Shown one piece after another: positions 28,491 through 38,035 of a DNA stretch of 64,000 nucleotides (position 1 is its first letter; each line of letters opens with the position of its first letter). Made by a program: the position numbers and the translations under genes. The stretch covers positions 101 through 64,100 of the forward strand of contig JAFGJO010000014.1 in assembly GCA_016929065.1 (NCBI GenBank), written 5' to 3'. The stretch is from Spirochaetales bacterium (lineage in GTDB: Bacteria; Spirochaetota; Spirochaetia; SZUA-6; RPPD01). The notes beneath the pieces are model-generated. The model saw nothing but the letters and a program-made list of their open reading frames with translations, was not told the origin of the DNA and did no database searches.

Positions 28491-28799
28491 ATGGCATACG
28501 CGAATACATCGCTGGCCGATGAAGATATTTTCTTGGATAAAGTATACTGTGCAAACTGTATCCACTGTAAATTGGTAAAGATTGCAGTGAATGACGGCAG
28601 CCAGTATTACCTTCGGGTTCGCTGCAATGCAGGAAAGTGGAAGAAAAAACTTGGCGAAGAAAAATTCTACAAGTACTTCACGGTAGCGAGACGGAGCCTT
28701 GAAAATTGTGAAAGTTATGAACCCATGGGAGATCTTAAGGATTTTTTAAGAGATCTTAAAAAGAGTTTGCCGATTAAAGATGAAATTTACACATTTTAA
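28491..28799 (+). CDS. Small Cys-rich basic hypothetical protein
   Basis: GGAGG RBS; YCANCIHCK...RVRC...KW...NCESYEPM. Confidence 0.75.
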   Translation: MAYANTSLADEDIFLDKVYCANCIHCKLVKIAVNDGSQYYLRVRCNAGKWKKKLGEEKFYKYFTVARRSLENCESYEPMGDLKDFLRDLKKSLPIKDEIYTF

Positions 28800-29235
28800 A
28801 TCACAGCATGTACTGTTGATGGCGGGCATGATTCTTATAATGATCACAGGAGGAATATTCCTTTCCTGTGCTTCAGAGGAACCTGTTATTACCGATGATA
28901 TGATCGAAGAAGATTATTTTCAGCGGGCTCAGGAAGCTTCTGATCATGAGAATTACAAACTCGCTCTCAAGTACTATTATCAATTCAAAGAACGGTACCC
29001 TGACAATCTGGAAAAGAATACCTGGGCATCGTATGAAATTGCTTTTCTTTACCACAAAACAGGCGATGATGCAAAATCCATTGAATTGCTGAATGAACTG
29101 CTTGCATTATTTGCACAGGATAAAACAGGAGTACTGCCGAAAGCAGTAAAAGTACTCGCTGAAACAGTAAAACAAAAGATACAGGAAAAATCAACTCCGC
29201 CGCCTGTCGATACATCCAGCACCACAAAACAATAA
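28780..29235 (+). CDS. TPR-like lipoprotein (BamD/YfiO-like repeats)
   Basis: Lipobox-like FLSC; YFQRAQEA...YKLALKYY.QF.ERYP...ASYEIAFLYH. Confidence 0.7.
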   Translation: MKFTHFKSQHVLLMAGMILIMITGGIFLSCASEEPVITDDMIEEDYFQRAQEASDHENYKLALKYYYQFKERYPDNLEKNTWASYEIAFLYHKTGDDAKSIELLNELLALFAQDKTGVLPKAVKVLAETVKQKIQEKSTPPPVDTSSTTKQ

Positions 29236-29263
29236 AAAACCGGCTGAAATCAGCCGGTTTTTT
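29234..29263. terminator. Bidirectional Rho-independent terminator
   Basis: AAAAAACCGGCTG-AAAT-CAGCCGGTTTTTT between convergent genes. Confidence 0.9.
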
Positions 29264-29294
29264 ATTGCCTGTTTTATTTTTTCTACAGGGAATC

Positions 29295-30425
29295 TTACTG
29301 CGGAAGGATAATGGAATGAAGTTCTATTCCCTTTGCCGCTGCATCTGCGAATACCTTTTCCTTTGTCACCGTTCCCCGGGGAACCGGATGCGGCGGGGCA
29401 TCACCGATCAGGATAACAAGTTTCAGCTGGGAATTCCAGGAAAACTGGTGTACAGCTGCATCCAGCGCCTCATAGACGGCCTCGGGGATATCTCTCCCGC
29501 CCTGGGTAGAAACACTTTCAATTATTTTCGAGACTGTCTCATAGTCTTCGGTAAAGGGTATGGTTTTCACGACATACTGCTCAAGATAATCCTTATAGAA
29601 AACCACGCCAACCCGCAGCTGTTTATAGCGTGCGCGGTATTTCTGAATTACTGTCAGCAATGCATTTTTTACATAGAAAATATCATCCTTCATGCTTGCG
29701 GTGGTATCAAGAGAAAGAATAAGATCAAGGCTTTCCCCCACCTTGGATTTGATGATTTCATCAATCTGGGTGATAATATCTTCCTCACCAAGAGAAACAC
29801 GGGCTTCACCGCCGCCCTCTTCGGCGATTTCCTTGAAGTCACGCAGTGTATCTTCCCTGATATTTTTTGAATCTTCGGCAGTAGCGACATTCGTTTCAAC
29901 CGGCCGGTCTGTTTTCACAAACTGAAAGGGATTGTCATAATATCTGCCTGAATAATCACCATATGGTTTTTGAAACGTCCGTATATTGATAAATGCACCA
30001 TTATCAATCTGTAAAAAACCGCTCCGCGTCCACGGATATCCGTAGATCACCACCAGGGGAATAAAAATATGGAAAGCTTCGCCCAATTGGGGATGGTTTT
30101 CTGCAGTGGAATCAATCAAAGAATACAGCCTGCTTTCAGGCTTGATGAATTTCCCTTCCAGAAGCCGTTTTTCATCACCATTCGCCGGATGCCACTTTGA
30201 ACTTCGAAGGGCATAGGATGCATCTTTTTTTGCGGGGTCAGCGGTTGTTTCGGTGAGCAAAACACTCTCAATCTCCGGCTTTTTTTTAATCCAGAGGTCA
30301 TATCCGCCGTCTGCATTATACTGAATAATCATGTCAGCCGGCGCCAGGGCAAGATTGTCCTGTGCATGCAGTACAAAAAGAGAAATACTGAATAACAGGA
30401 TGGTGAAATACTTCTTTCTTTCCAT
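29295..30425 (-). CDS. Exported VWA-domain protein
   Basis: Signal peptide from ATG 30425; MIDAS DTTASM, GGRDIPEAVYEAL and LIGDAPPH. Confidence 0.85.
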   Translation of the reverse strand: MERKKYFTILLFSISLFVLHAQDNLALAPADMIIQYNADGGYDLWIKKKPEIESVLLTETTADPAKKDASYALRSSKWHPANGDEKRLLEGKFIKPESRLYSLIDSTAENHPQLGEAFHIFIPLVVIYGYPWTRSGFLQIDNGAFINIRTFQKPYGDYSGRYYDNPFQFVKTDRPVETNVATAEDSKNIREDTLRDFKEIAEEGGGEARVSLGEEDIITQIDEIIKSKVGESLDLILSLDTTASMKDDIFYVKNALLTVIQKYRARYKQLRVGVVFYKDYLEQYVVKTIPFTEDYETVSKIIESVSTQGGRDIPEAVYEALDAAVHQFSWNSQLKLVILIGDAPPHPVPRGTVTKEKVFADAAAKGIELHSIILPQ

Positions 30426-30573
30426 AATACCTATTATCGGTGAAAATATAACATGCTCCAACACAATTTTACACTGATATCCGGCATTTTTCAACACCAC
30501 TCTCCTTCTCAATGTGCACGTTTCGCATCTATAGAGTGTTGTCTTTACCTGAATTTGTCAAGTATTTCAGGAG

Positions 30574-31011
30574 TTACAATTCCAGTACCGCGGGAAACGG
30601 AATATCGGTCTTGTGGATAGAGGTATTCCAGAAAAATAAAAATCGTTCGGTGAATACACTGATAAACCTGCAATGTGTTTCATAATTCCCTGGAAATACA
30701 AAAAAGAAGAGAATGTTTGTATCGATACGAACCGCATACACGTTCTGATCAGTTCCTGCGATCCGGGTCAAAATGAGGCCGCCGCAGTACTCTGCCGCGC
30801 CAAAATACCGCGGATGTGCCATGGAAAATATCACATTGACTGGGCCGCTCCCGGTCTGATATTCCGCGCTGTACGCCTGATACGTGTTCGGAGGCAGGAT
30901 TTCAATAGTGTTTTTCAATACCGGCCCGCTTTTCAAAAAAACAGCCCCGCTCTTCAGCTCCTGGGAAGAACCGGGAAAACAGAGGGAAAAAACCAAAACA
31001 AGCGGGATCAT
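30574..31011 (-). CDS. Hypothetical exported protein
   Basis: The ORF portion downstream of the glmS stop begins MIPLVLVFSLCF (signal-like) and fills the gap on the same strand. Confidence 0.5.
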   Translation of the reverse strand: MIPLVLVFSLCFPGSSQELKSGAVFLKSGPVLKNTIEILPPNTYQAYSAEYQTGSGPVNVIFSMAHPRYFGAAEYCGGLILTRIAGTDQNVYAVRIDTNILFFFVFPGNYETHCRFISVFTERFLFFWNTSIHKTDIPFPAVLEL

Positions 31012-31021
31012 TCTTTTAAAG

Positions 31022-32845
31022 TTACTCCACCGTAACACTCTTTGCAAGATTCCGCGGTTGATCCACATCACGTTTGAGCTCCACAGCACAAAAATAAGCC
31101 AGCAGCTGCAGCGGCACGACCATGATAAAAGGATAAAACAGTTCAGGAACTTTTGGAACAAAAAAAACATCGTCGGCGATATCCAGAATTTCCATATCCC
31201 CTTCTGTCGCAATGGCAATCAGCGGGCCGCGCCGGGCTTTGACTTCCTTCATATTTGAGACTACCTTTTCGCGAAGCCGGTCGTCCGGCACAAGAAATAC
31301 GCTTGGTGTCTCTTCGTTAATAAGGGCAATGGGGCCATGCTTGATTTCAGCCGCGCTGTAGCCTTCTGCATGGATATAGGATATTTCCTTGAGTTTCAAG
31401 GCTCCTTCAAGAGCGACCGGATAGTTTATCCCCCTGCCCAGAAACAGAAAATCGGTAAAACTGCAGTATTTTTTGGCAATCACCTGCATCTTGTCCGCTG
31501 TGTTGAATATCTCGGCAATTTTATCGGGTATATCAGTGAGATTCCTGATATACCACTCGCCGGATTCAAAGGACATGTGACGCATGCGTGCCATGACCAG
31601 ACAGAACAGGTATAATGCGGTGATCTGGGAAGTGAATGCTTTTGTAGAAGCAACCGCGATTTCCGGTCCGGAATGTATATAGACCCCGCCGTCAGATTCC
31701 CGGGGAATCGTAGACCCGACAACATTACAGATCCCGAGTACCCTCGCTCCTTTTCGCTGCAGTTCGCGCATGGCATAAAGCGTATCCGCTGTCTCACCGG
31801 ACTGCGATACAGCAAAATAAAGGGTATTTCGTTCAACGATGGGATTTCGGTAGCGTACTTCTGATGCGAGCTCGGCACTGCACGGCACTCGTGCCGTCTG
31901 CTCGATCATATACGATGCAACAAGACCCGCATGAAATGAAGTTCCCGCTGCAATGATTTTAATTCTTTCGATATCAAGCAACTCACGGCTGTTCAGGTTA
32001 AGTCCTCCCAACCGCGCGGTGGCCGCTTCCCGGTCAATTCGACCGCGGAACGCACGGACAACCGACTCCGGCTGCTCATAAATCTCTTTATGCATAAAGT
32101 GCTTGAAATCGCCTTTTTCAATTTCCTGAAGATCCCAGGTGATCTCATCGATCTTTTTATTGACGACCCGGTCGGACATATCCACGATGGTAAACTCGTC
32201 ATCTGTGATCGTGACAACATGGCCGTCCTCCAGGTACACCACCTGTTTTGTATGTGCCAGGATAGCGGTTACATCAGAGGCAAGAAACATTTCGTCATTG
32301 GCAACTCCGATTACCAAAGGCGAACCGTTTCGCGCACCCACCAGTTTGTGCGGTTCATCAGCGTGCATGCAGACAATTCCGTAAGTCCCCTCCAGAACCG
32401 GAAGGGTATCTTTCATCGCCTTTTCAAGATCGCCGGTATAATTCTGGGCAATAAGATGGGCGATAACTTCGGAATCGGTCTCGGTAAAAAACTCGACACC
32501 TTTCTCCTCCAGCTTTTTTTTGATCGCAGTATAATTTTCGATTATTCCGTTATGAACAATGGCAATCTTGCCGCTGTTGTCGACATGCGGATGGGCATTG
32601 GTATTGGTCACCCCGCCATGAGTTGCCCATCGGGTGTGCCCAATGCCGTATGTCCCTGCAATTTCGGCCGGGACATGTACACGCAGGTCATGGATCTTGC
32701 CGGTCTGCTTGATGACCGTCAACTCATGGTTTATCCCCACTGAAATACCCGCAGAGTCATAGCCCCGGTATTCAAGGCGCTTCAGCCCGTCAAGAAGGAT
32801 CGGTGCAGCCTGACGCGGACCGCAATAACCAATTATTCCGCACAT
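31022..32845 (-). CDS. glmS: Glutamine--fructose-6-phosphate aminotransferase
   Basis: MCGI, RLEYRGYDSAG, GHTRWATHG, SQSGETADT, VASTKAF and PRNLAKSVTVE. Confidence 0.98.
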   Translation of the reverse strand: MCGIIGYCGPRQAAPILLDGLKRLEYRGYDSAGISVGINHELTVIKQTGKIHDLRVHVPAEIAGTYGIGHTRWATHGGVTNTNAHPHVDNSGKIAIVHNGIIENYTAIKKKLEEKGVEFFTETDSEVIAHLIAQNYTGDLEKAMKDTLPVLEGTYGIVCMHADEPHKLVGARNGSPLVIGVANDEMFLASDVTAILAHTKQVVYLEDGHVVTITDDEFTIVDMSDRVVNKKIDEITWDLQEIEKGDFKHFMHKEIYEQPESVVRAFRGRIDREAATARLGGLNLNSRELLDIERIKIIAAGTSFHAGLVASYMIEQTARVPCSAELASEVRYRNPIVERNTLYFAVSQSGETADTLYAMRELQRKGARVLGICNVVGSTIPRESDGGVYIHSGPEIAVASTKAFTSQITALYLFCLVMARMRHMSFESGEWYIRNLTDIPDKIAEIFNTADKMQVIAKKYCSFTDFLFLGRGINYPVALEGALKLKEISYIHAEGYSAAEIKHGPIALINEETPSVFLVPDDRLREKVVSNMKEVKARRGPLIAIATEGDMEILDIADDVFFVPKVPELFYPFIMVVPLQLLAYFCAVELKRDVDQPRNLAKSVTVE

Positions 32846-33010
32846 AGATAACTCCTGATCGACACGTAAAATATGGAAAACAGTGTGCCTGATATTTATC
32901 GCTAAAAATTATGGTAAAAATGTGTTCTTTAAAAGCAAATATAGCGTAAATTCCATTTTTAATCGAGAAGATTACAAAAATACTTGTTTTTTTTCAAGAA
33001 CACGTTCCTG

Positions 33011-33631
33011 CTACAGGGTTTCCACCAGCTGATACAGCTTCTCCTCATTTACCAGCGAGAGTTCATTCCCCTTGAGTTTCAGTATCCCTGCCTTTAAAAA
33101 GGATTCCATGATCGCTTCGAGCCGGGTTCGGGGGATATTCAGATGGAGGCCGATCTCATCAAGAATCGCTTCATAATCCTCAATTTTCCTGTTTTTCGTT
33201 GATTCCTTGAATGCATAATACAGGTTCAGGGCGACAACGCCGTCCTCTCCCCGGGTCATAAAATGCTTCATCTTTTCCACCGCGCTGTTTAACCGCCGGC
33301 AGAGCCGGTCAATAATTGACAAGGCGATACCGGGATTTTTTTCAATCATTTTCTGAAACTCGTCACGGTCAAAGCCCAGCAGCCGCACATTCGTCATCGT
33401 CGCGGCACTGGCGGTCCTTTTTATCTGGTTGACCAAAGCCATCTCTCCAAAAAACTCTCCCTTGCCCAGGATCGCCAGAAGGTGCTCTTTCCCCTGAATT
33501 TTCTTTGTTATCTTGATTTTCCCTTCCTGAATGATAAACATGCGGTCACCGGAATCACCTTCGGAAAAGATCACCCTGTCCGGTTCAATATCCTTCCCGA
33601 AATTCTCAAATAGTAATGTATCCTGGCCCAT
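33011..33631 (-). CDS. Cyclic-nucleotide-binding (Crp/Fnr-like) protein
   Basis: IFSEGDSGDRMFII.EG...GEFFGEMAL...RTASA; winged-helix-like tail; GGGGAG before ATG 33631. Confidence 0.85.
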   Translation of the reverse strand: MGQDTLLFENFGKDIEPDRVIFSEGDSGDRMFIIQEGKIKITKKIQGKEHLLAILGKGEFFGEMALVNQIKRTASAATMTNVRLLGFDRDEFQKMIEKNPGIALSIIDRLCRRLNSAVEKMKHFMTRGEDGVVALNLYYAFKESTKNRKIEDYEAILDEIGLHLNIPRTRLEAIMESFLKAGILKLKGNELSLVNEEKLYQLVETL

Positions 33632-33811
33632 GCAATACTCCCCTGGAAATAATTTTTTAAAAAATTCCATCTTGCCTGAAAGCAGGGGATCATTTTCCCC
33701 TGTATATATTATACAGAAAGCAAAACAGAATGGAAAAAAACAGTATATCGGTTTTTTAGACATATGCCAAATACAAATTGGTCATTCTATCCATTAAAAA
33801 AGGAGTTTTTC

Positions 33812-34825
33812 ATGAAATACCGAATAATTCTTTTCTGCTTCATCCTTCTTGTTGCCGGCTGCTTGCCGGTTCCCCAGGGGATAGATCCTGATGTTGATTT
33901 GACCCCCCCGGCGCTTGAAAAAGTTGTCGTGTCCGACAACCGCTCAGTCACATTGTATTTCGATGAAGGGGTTATGCTTGCTGAAGAGGAAATCATCACC
34001 GAACCGTCTCTATCGGTAGCCTCGACATCCAGTACCGACAATACAGTGACAGTTCAGTTTCACAATGAGCTGCAGCCCGGCAAAGAGTATATCATCCGCG
34101 CGGAGGCCAGAGATAGAAAAGAAAACAGCATGTTTCTGATCACCCGTTTTTACGGATACAACGGTTCAATCCCGGGGCTGATGATTAATGAATTCACTAC
34201 CCGCGGCTCGGAAACGCATCCTGATTGCGTTGAAATAAAAATTTTACAGGAAGGAAATCTCGCCGGGATATGTTTTTTTCACGGGACAAAGACATTGTTC
34301 AAGTACCGCTTTGTTTTTCCGGCGTGCGAGGTGAAACCCGGCGATTATATTCTCCTGCATACAAAACCTGTTGGCACACCGGATGAAATCAACGAAACAA
34401 ATGACAAAACTGTTTCCGAAGGCCTTGATGCCTCCTCAACCGCATTTGATTTCTGGATTCCAAAGGGGAGCGGGTTATCGGGAAATAACGGGACGATCAC
34501 ACTGTACAATCAGCCGTTCGGCACAATACTTGATGCGGTGCTGTATACGAACAGGACATCGGCATCAGACACTGATTACATGGGATTCGGGTCAAGAACA
34601 GTCATGGAACAGGCAATAGAGCTGGAACAGGACGGAGGGTGGAAAATAACCGGCTTATCTGTTGCGCCCGAAGATGCGGTGTTTATTGAAGAATCAACTG
34701 CGACGCGTTCTGTCTGCAGAATGTCTGCCGGTGTGGACACCGACAGCAAAGCCGACTGGCATATTGTCCCCACAAAAGGGTACACTTTCGGAACACAGAA
34801 TTCGGATGAAAACCATGTTCCGTAA
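33812..34825 (+). CDS. Lipoprotein with an Ig-like and a lamin-tail-like domain
   Basis: AAGGAG RBS; lipobox VAGC; LMINEF...DCVEI...GLSGNNGTITLY...DAVLY. Confidence 0.7.
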   Translation: MKYRIILFCFILLVAGCLPVPQGIDPDVDLTPPALEKVVVSDNRSVTLYFDEGVMLAEEEIITEPSLSVASTSSTDNTVTVQFHNELQPGKEYIIRAEARDRKENSMFLITRFYGYNGSIPGLMINEFTTRGSETHPDCVEIKILQEGNLAGICFFHGTKTLFKYRFVFPACEVKPGDYILLHTKPVGTPDEINETNDKTVSEGLDASSTAFDFWIPKGSGLSGNNGTITLYNQPFGTILDAVLYTNRTSASDTDYMGFGSRTVMEQAIELEQDGGWKITGLSVAPEDAVFIEESTATRSVCRMSAGVDTDSKADWHIVPTKGYTFGTQNSDENHVP

Positions 34826-34844
34826 TTGTGTCAGCGGGTACGAT

Positions 34845-35168
34845 TTACAGATATGGTTTCAGAATATCGTCCAAAACCTGCCGGGGGACAGCACCCACGC
34901 GTTTCTCGGCAATACTTCCCTTTGAAAACAGCAGAAGAGTTGGAATACTCACAATATTATACTCACCGGCAATCTCGCCTTCATCATCGACATTCAGTTT
35001 TCCCACTTTGAGTTTTCCGGCATTTTCACCTGCCAGCTGTGCAAGAATGGGTTCCATCATTTTACAGGGCATACACCAGGGAGCCCAAAAATCAACGAGT
35101 ACCGGGATATCAGACTCCAGCACTTCTTTTTGAAAATTGTCTTTTGTGATGGTCACTTCGCTGCTCAT
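34845..35168 (-). CDS. trxA: Thioredoxin
   Basis: VLVDFWAPWCMPCK and SIPTL motifs. Confidence 0.95.
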   Translation of the reverse strand: MSSEVTITKDNFQKEVLESDIPVLVDFWAPWCMPCKMMEPILAQLAGENAGKLKVGKLNVDDEGEIAGEYNIVSIPTLLLFSKGSIAEKRVGAVPRQVLDDILKPYL

Positions 35169-35178
35169 CGCATGCCTC

Positions 35179-35949
35179 CTATTTTTTCTTGAGATCTTTC
35201 ATTCTGAAATCAATTATAATATTTAAAATGTAATCAATAATTTCCTGAAGGTCTTGTTTTTTGTTTTCTTCCAGATCCAGTCTCTTTTCTTTTACCGACA
35301 TCAGCACCTCGTACACTCCATGCAGCAGAAACGCAGATTCCAGAATATAATCTTTTTCTTCCTTCTCGATCATGGGATAATCGCGGGGGAAACGGTTCAA
35401 GCGGGCGACATAGCGCTCTAGGCGGACGGCGATCCCGTCCCGGCCGCTGCCGCCAAGCTGGTGCAGCTGATGTTCAAAGGTAATCATGCTCTTTGTACTT
35501 AAGGAATAGGCAGTATTTTTTAAAATCCCGTACAAATTCGGCCAATACTGCTGTTCGAGCGTATTGAGGGCCCCAAAAAGCCGCCGAATCTCCGGATTCG
35601 CATCATTGTGGATCTCCAGATCCGGGTATTTTGCGATCTTTTTCTGGTTTTCTTCGATGATTTTATCGGCAAAGTCCCCGGTCGGCGTATCATCTGCAAC
35701 CTTGATTTTCCGGTTCAGCACCTTTTCTTCTTCAACCTTGAGCAGTTCTTCGATCGCACTTATTTCTGCGAGCAGAAAGCTGGAGATATCGGTCCCGTTT
35801 TTAATTGCTGCCACATAGCGGTCCTCGAAATTGGCCTTATGCCGCTTTGATTTAAAGTGCTTGTAGCTGTATTCATCGTATTTTTTCCGAATCTTTTGTA
35901 CAGTGAGGGTAATTTCATTGGGGGTCAGTTTTTTTATGGCCATAGTCAT
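35179..35949 (-). CDS. Hypothetical helical protein
   Basis: 256-aa ORF with typical coding composition; its stop codon overlaps the trxA RBS (TAGGAGG). Confidence 0.8.
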   Translation of the reverse strand: MTMAIKKLTPNEITLTVQKIRKKYDEYSYKHFKSKRHKANFEDRYVAAIKNGTDISSFLLAEISAIEELLKVEEEKVLNRKIKVADDTPTGDFADKIIEENQKKIAKYPDLEIHNDANPEIRRLFGALNTLEQQYWPNLYGILKNTAYSLSTKSMITFEHQLHQLGGSGRDGIAVRLERYVARLNRFPRDYPMIEKEEKDYILESAFLLHGVYEVLMSVKEKRLDLEENKKQDLQEIIDYILNIIIDFRMKDLKKK

Positions 35950-36134
35950 TTATATATATAGGAGGAATTCAGTAAAGAGTCAAGAATGAAAAAAAATATA
36001 CTCACGCCTGCTCTATCCCCCATTCAAGTTGAACCCTGCAAGATAATCGGTAACTTCATACAAAACCAGTATACAGCAAACCACTCATATTGTCAGAAAT
36101 AATAACTCGGCGATCAATAATATCATTGTAATAC

Positions 36135-36179
36135 TTGATTTTATTTATTAACTGAAGTATATTAATAACCAGATCTGGT
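36135..36179 (+). promoter_or_regulatory. TA operon promoter and palindromic operator
   Basis: TTGATT-17-TATATT (36135-36163) followed by the perfect palindrome ACCAGATCTGGT (36168-36179) over the expected +1. Confidence 0.7.
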
Positions 36180-36196
36180 CTGGCTCTGGAGGTCAA

Positions 36197-36436
36197 ATGA
36201 TAGTCGACACCATTACACAGGCAAAAACTCAGTTATCATCTCTTATTGAAAAAGTTCTAACGGGAGAAGAAGTCCTCATCAAGCGGGCCGGAAAACCGGT
36301 CGCCATACTGAAAAAATACAGCCCGACAGCATTGAACAGGTACCCGGGCGCACTGAAAAATAAAATCAAAATTGCAAAGGATTTCGATGAACTCCCCCCG
36401 GATATGGCAGAATCATTCGGGATGAAAAAGAAATGA
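36197..36436 (+). CDS. Phd/YefM-family antitoxin
   Basis: TITQAKTQLSSLIEKV..GEEVLI.RAGKPVA...G...IAKDFDE. Confidence 0.92.
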   Translation: MIVDTITQAKTQLSSLIEKVLTGEEVLIKRAGKPVAILKKYSPTALNRYPGALKNKIKIAKDFDELPPDMAESFGMKKK

Positions 36437-36804
36437 ATCTGCTTCTCGATACACATATCATCCTCTGGTGGCTGGATGATGACCCGCTCTTATCAGAAAA
36501 ATACCGACAGGCTGTTTCAGATACAGAGAATGTCTGTCTTGTCAGTGCAGCGTCCATCTGGGAAATAAGTATTAAAAGCGCGATCGGGAAACTTGAAATC
36601 CCAAAAAACTATATCGGAATTCTCAAGGAACAGGGATTCTTTGAACTGCCGGTGTTGTGGGAACACGCTGACAAGGCAAGACACCTGCCGTTTCATCACA
36701 CCGATCCCTTTGACAGAATGCTTGTTGCACAAGCGATGATCGACGGATTGACAATTCTTACAATCGATAAAACGATCCCGCAATACAAGGTGCAGATTCT
36801 TTAA
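36433..36804 (+). CDS. vapC: PIN-domain (VapC-family) toxin
   Basis: LLLDTHI.LW, SAASIWEI.IK and HHTDPFDRMLVAQA; ATGA overlap with the antitoxin. Confidence 0.92.
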   Translation: MNLLLDTHIILWWLDDDPLLSEKYRQAVSDTENVCLVSAASIWEISIKSAIGKLEIPKNYIGILKEQGFFELPVLWEHADKARHLPFHHTDPFDRMLVAQAMIDGLTILTIDKTIPQYKVQIL

Positions 36805-36959
36805 TTATTTCCTTCCGTATTGTGCAGTTTTAACAAAGCTGAATACAGCAGAAGCCCAATGTTGTCAGAAATAAAGCCTCCTGAATATTGTATAAATTAT
36901 TAATGAAAAAACAAAGCAGGTATGATAGACTTTCATCATAAAAGTTCAAGGTGGTGACC

Positions 36960-37826
36960 ATGAAAAAATCAAAATGGGTAATTTTTATTCTTGTACTCAT
37001 TTTTTCTGCATGCGGGGCAAATGACCGATTCAGGGGAACAGAGACTGAGGAGCAATTGGATTCCGGCGTCATGGAAAAAGAGGCTGCACCATCCCCGGCA
37101 GGAGAAGAACCTGCTCCGGTGACTGAATCGGCAATTCCCCAGACCAGGTACCGCATCAAATCTGCTGACATGAAAATAGAGGTGGGAGATTTGACCGGAG
37201 CAGACAAACAGATACAAAACCTTGTCACAGAGAGCCGTGGCTATATCAGTTTTTCATTGCTCCACCAATCCAGTATTTCGCTCACCTGTAAAATCCCGGC
37301 CGACAACTTCGATAATTTTATCAACCAGATTGAGACGATTGGTATGGTCAAAAACAAACAGATCACCGTGGAAGATGTGACCAGCCAGTTTTTTGATCTG
37401 GAAACCAGAATAAAAAACAAACGGATCCTTCTTGCCCGCTATCAAAGTTACCTGGCGCGCGCAAATAACACACGCGAGCTTGTGGAACTGGAACGGACGA
37501 TCAATAATGTGACCACCGAGATCGAATCCCTTGAAGGAAGCATGAAAAATCTTTCCAGCCAGATATCCTATTCAACGCTGTCGCTCACCGCTGAACTGCC
37601 GCCGGGACAGGGAGAGGTCTTTTCAATGCCCTCGCTGCTTGGCGGGCTGCGGGGTGTCGGAGAATTTCTGCTCATTTTCCTGTATTACCTGCTTATCGTA
37701 TTACTGTATATTCTGGTAATCGGTATCCCGATCCTGCTGCTTGTCGGCGGTTTTTATTTTGTGGGTTTCGGACGGATTGGCCTTCTCGTGAAGTTTTTCA
37801 GGGCACTGGGGCCAAAGACAAAATAA
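36960..37826 (+). CDS. DUF4349-like lipoprotein with a C-terminal membrane segment
   Basis: Lipobox FSAC; IKSADMKIEV...KIPADNF...EDVTSQFFDLETRI...EIESLEG...ISYSTL. Confidence 0.85.
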   Translation: MKKSKWVIFILVLIFSACGANDRFRGTETEEQLDSGVMEKEAAPSPAGEEPAPVTESAIPQTRYRIKSADMKIEVGDLTGADKQIQNLVTESRGYISFSLLHQSSISLTCKIPADNFDNFINQIETIGMVKNKQITVEDVTSQFFDLETRIKNKRILLARYQSYLARANNTRELVELERTINNVTTEIESLEGSMKNLSSQISYSTLSLTAELPPGQGEVFSMPSLLGGLRGVGEFLLIFLYYLLIVLLYILVIGIPILLLVGGFYFVGFGRIGLLVKFFRALGPKTK

Positions 37827-37953
37827 AAAGACGTGAAACGGCGTTTTCAGGGCTTGCGTATCTCTATGGGTCCTTTGTGAATATTTCCGAATGGCTTACT
37901 TTCTTCACAAACCGTATGATCAAGGAGAGGAGATTCCCGTTTTATTTTCTTCC

Positions 37954-38020
37954 CTTCGCGTTTCTTTGCGGGCTTTGCGAGGTAAATCTCCTCACTCTGT
38001 GTTCTCAGTATCTCTGTACG
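37954..38020 (-). repeat. Two 8-10-nt-period repeat blocks between convergent genes
   Basis: CTTCGCGTTT CTTTGCGGG CTTTGCGAGG (37954-37982) and CTCTGTGTT CTCAGTAT CTCTGTACG (37995-38020); the first is the reverse-complement type of the 15.6-kb repeat. Confidence 0.65.
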
Positions 38021-38035
38021 AATTTCTTCCTTAGA

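Noticed and set aside
32846-33010. glmS ribozyme upstream of glmS
   Set aside because: AT-rich spacer without the AGCGCC...GACGAGG core.
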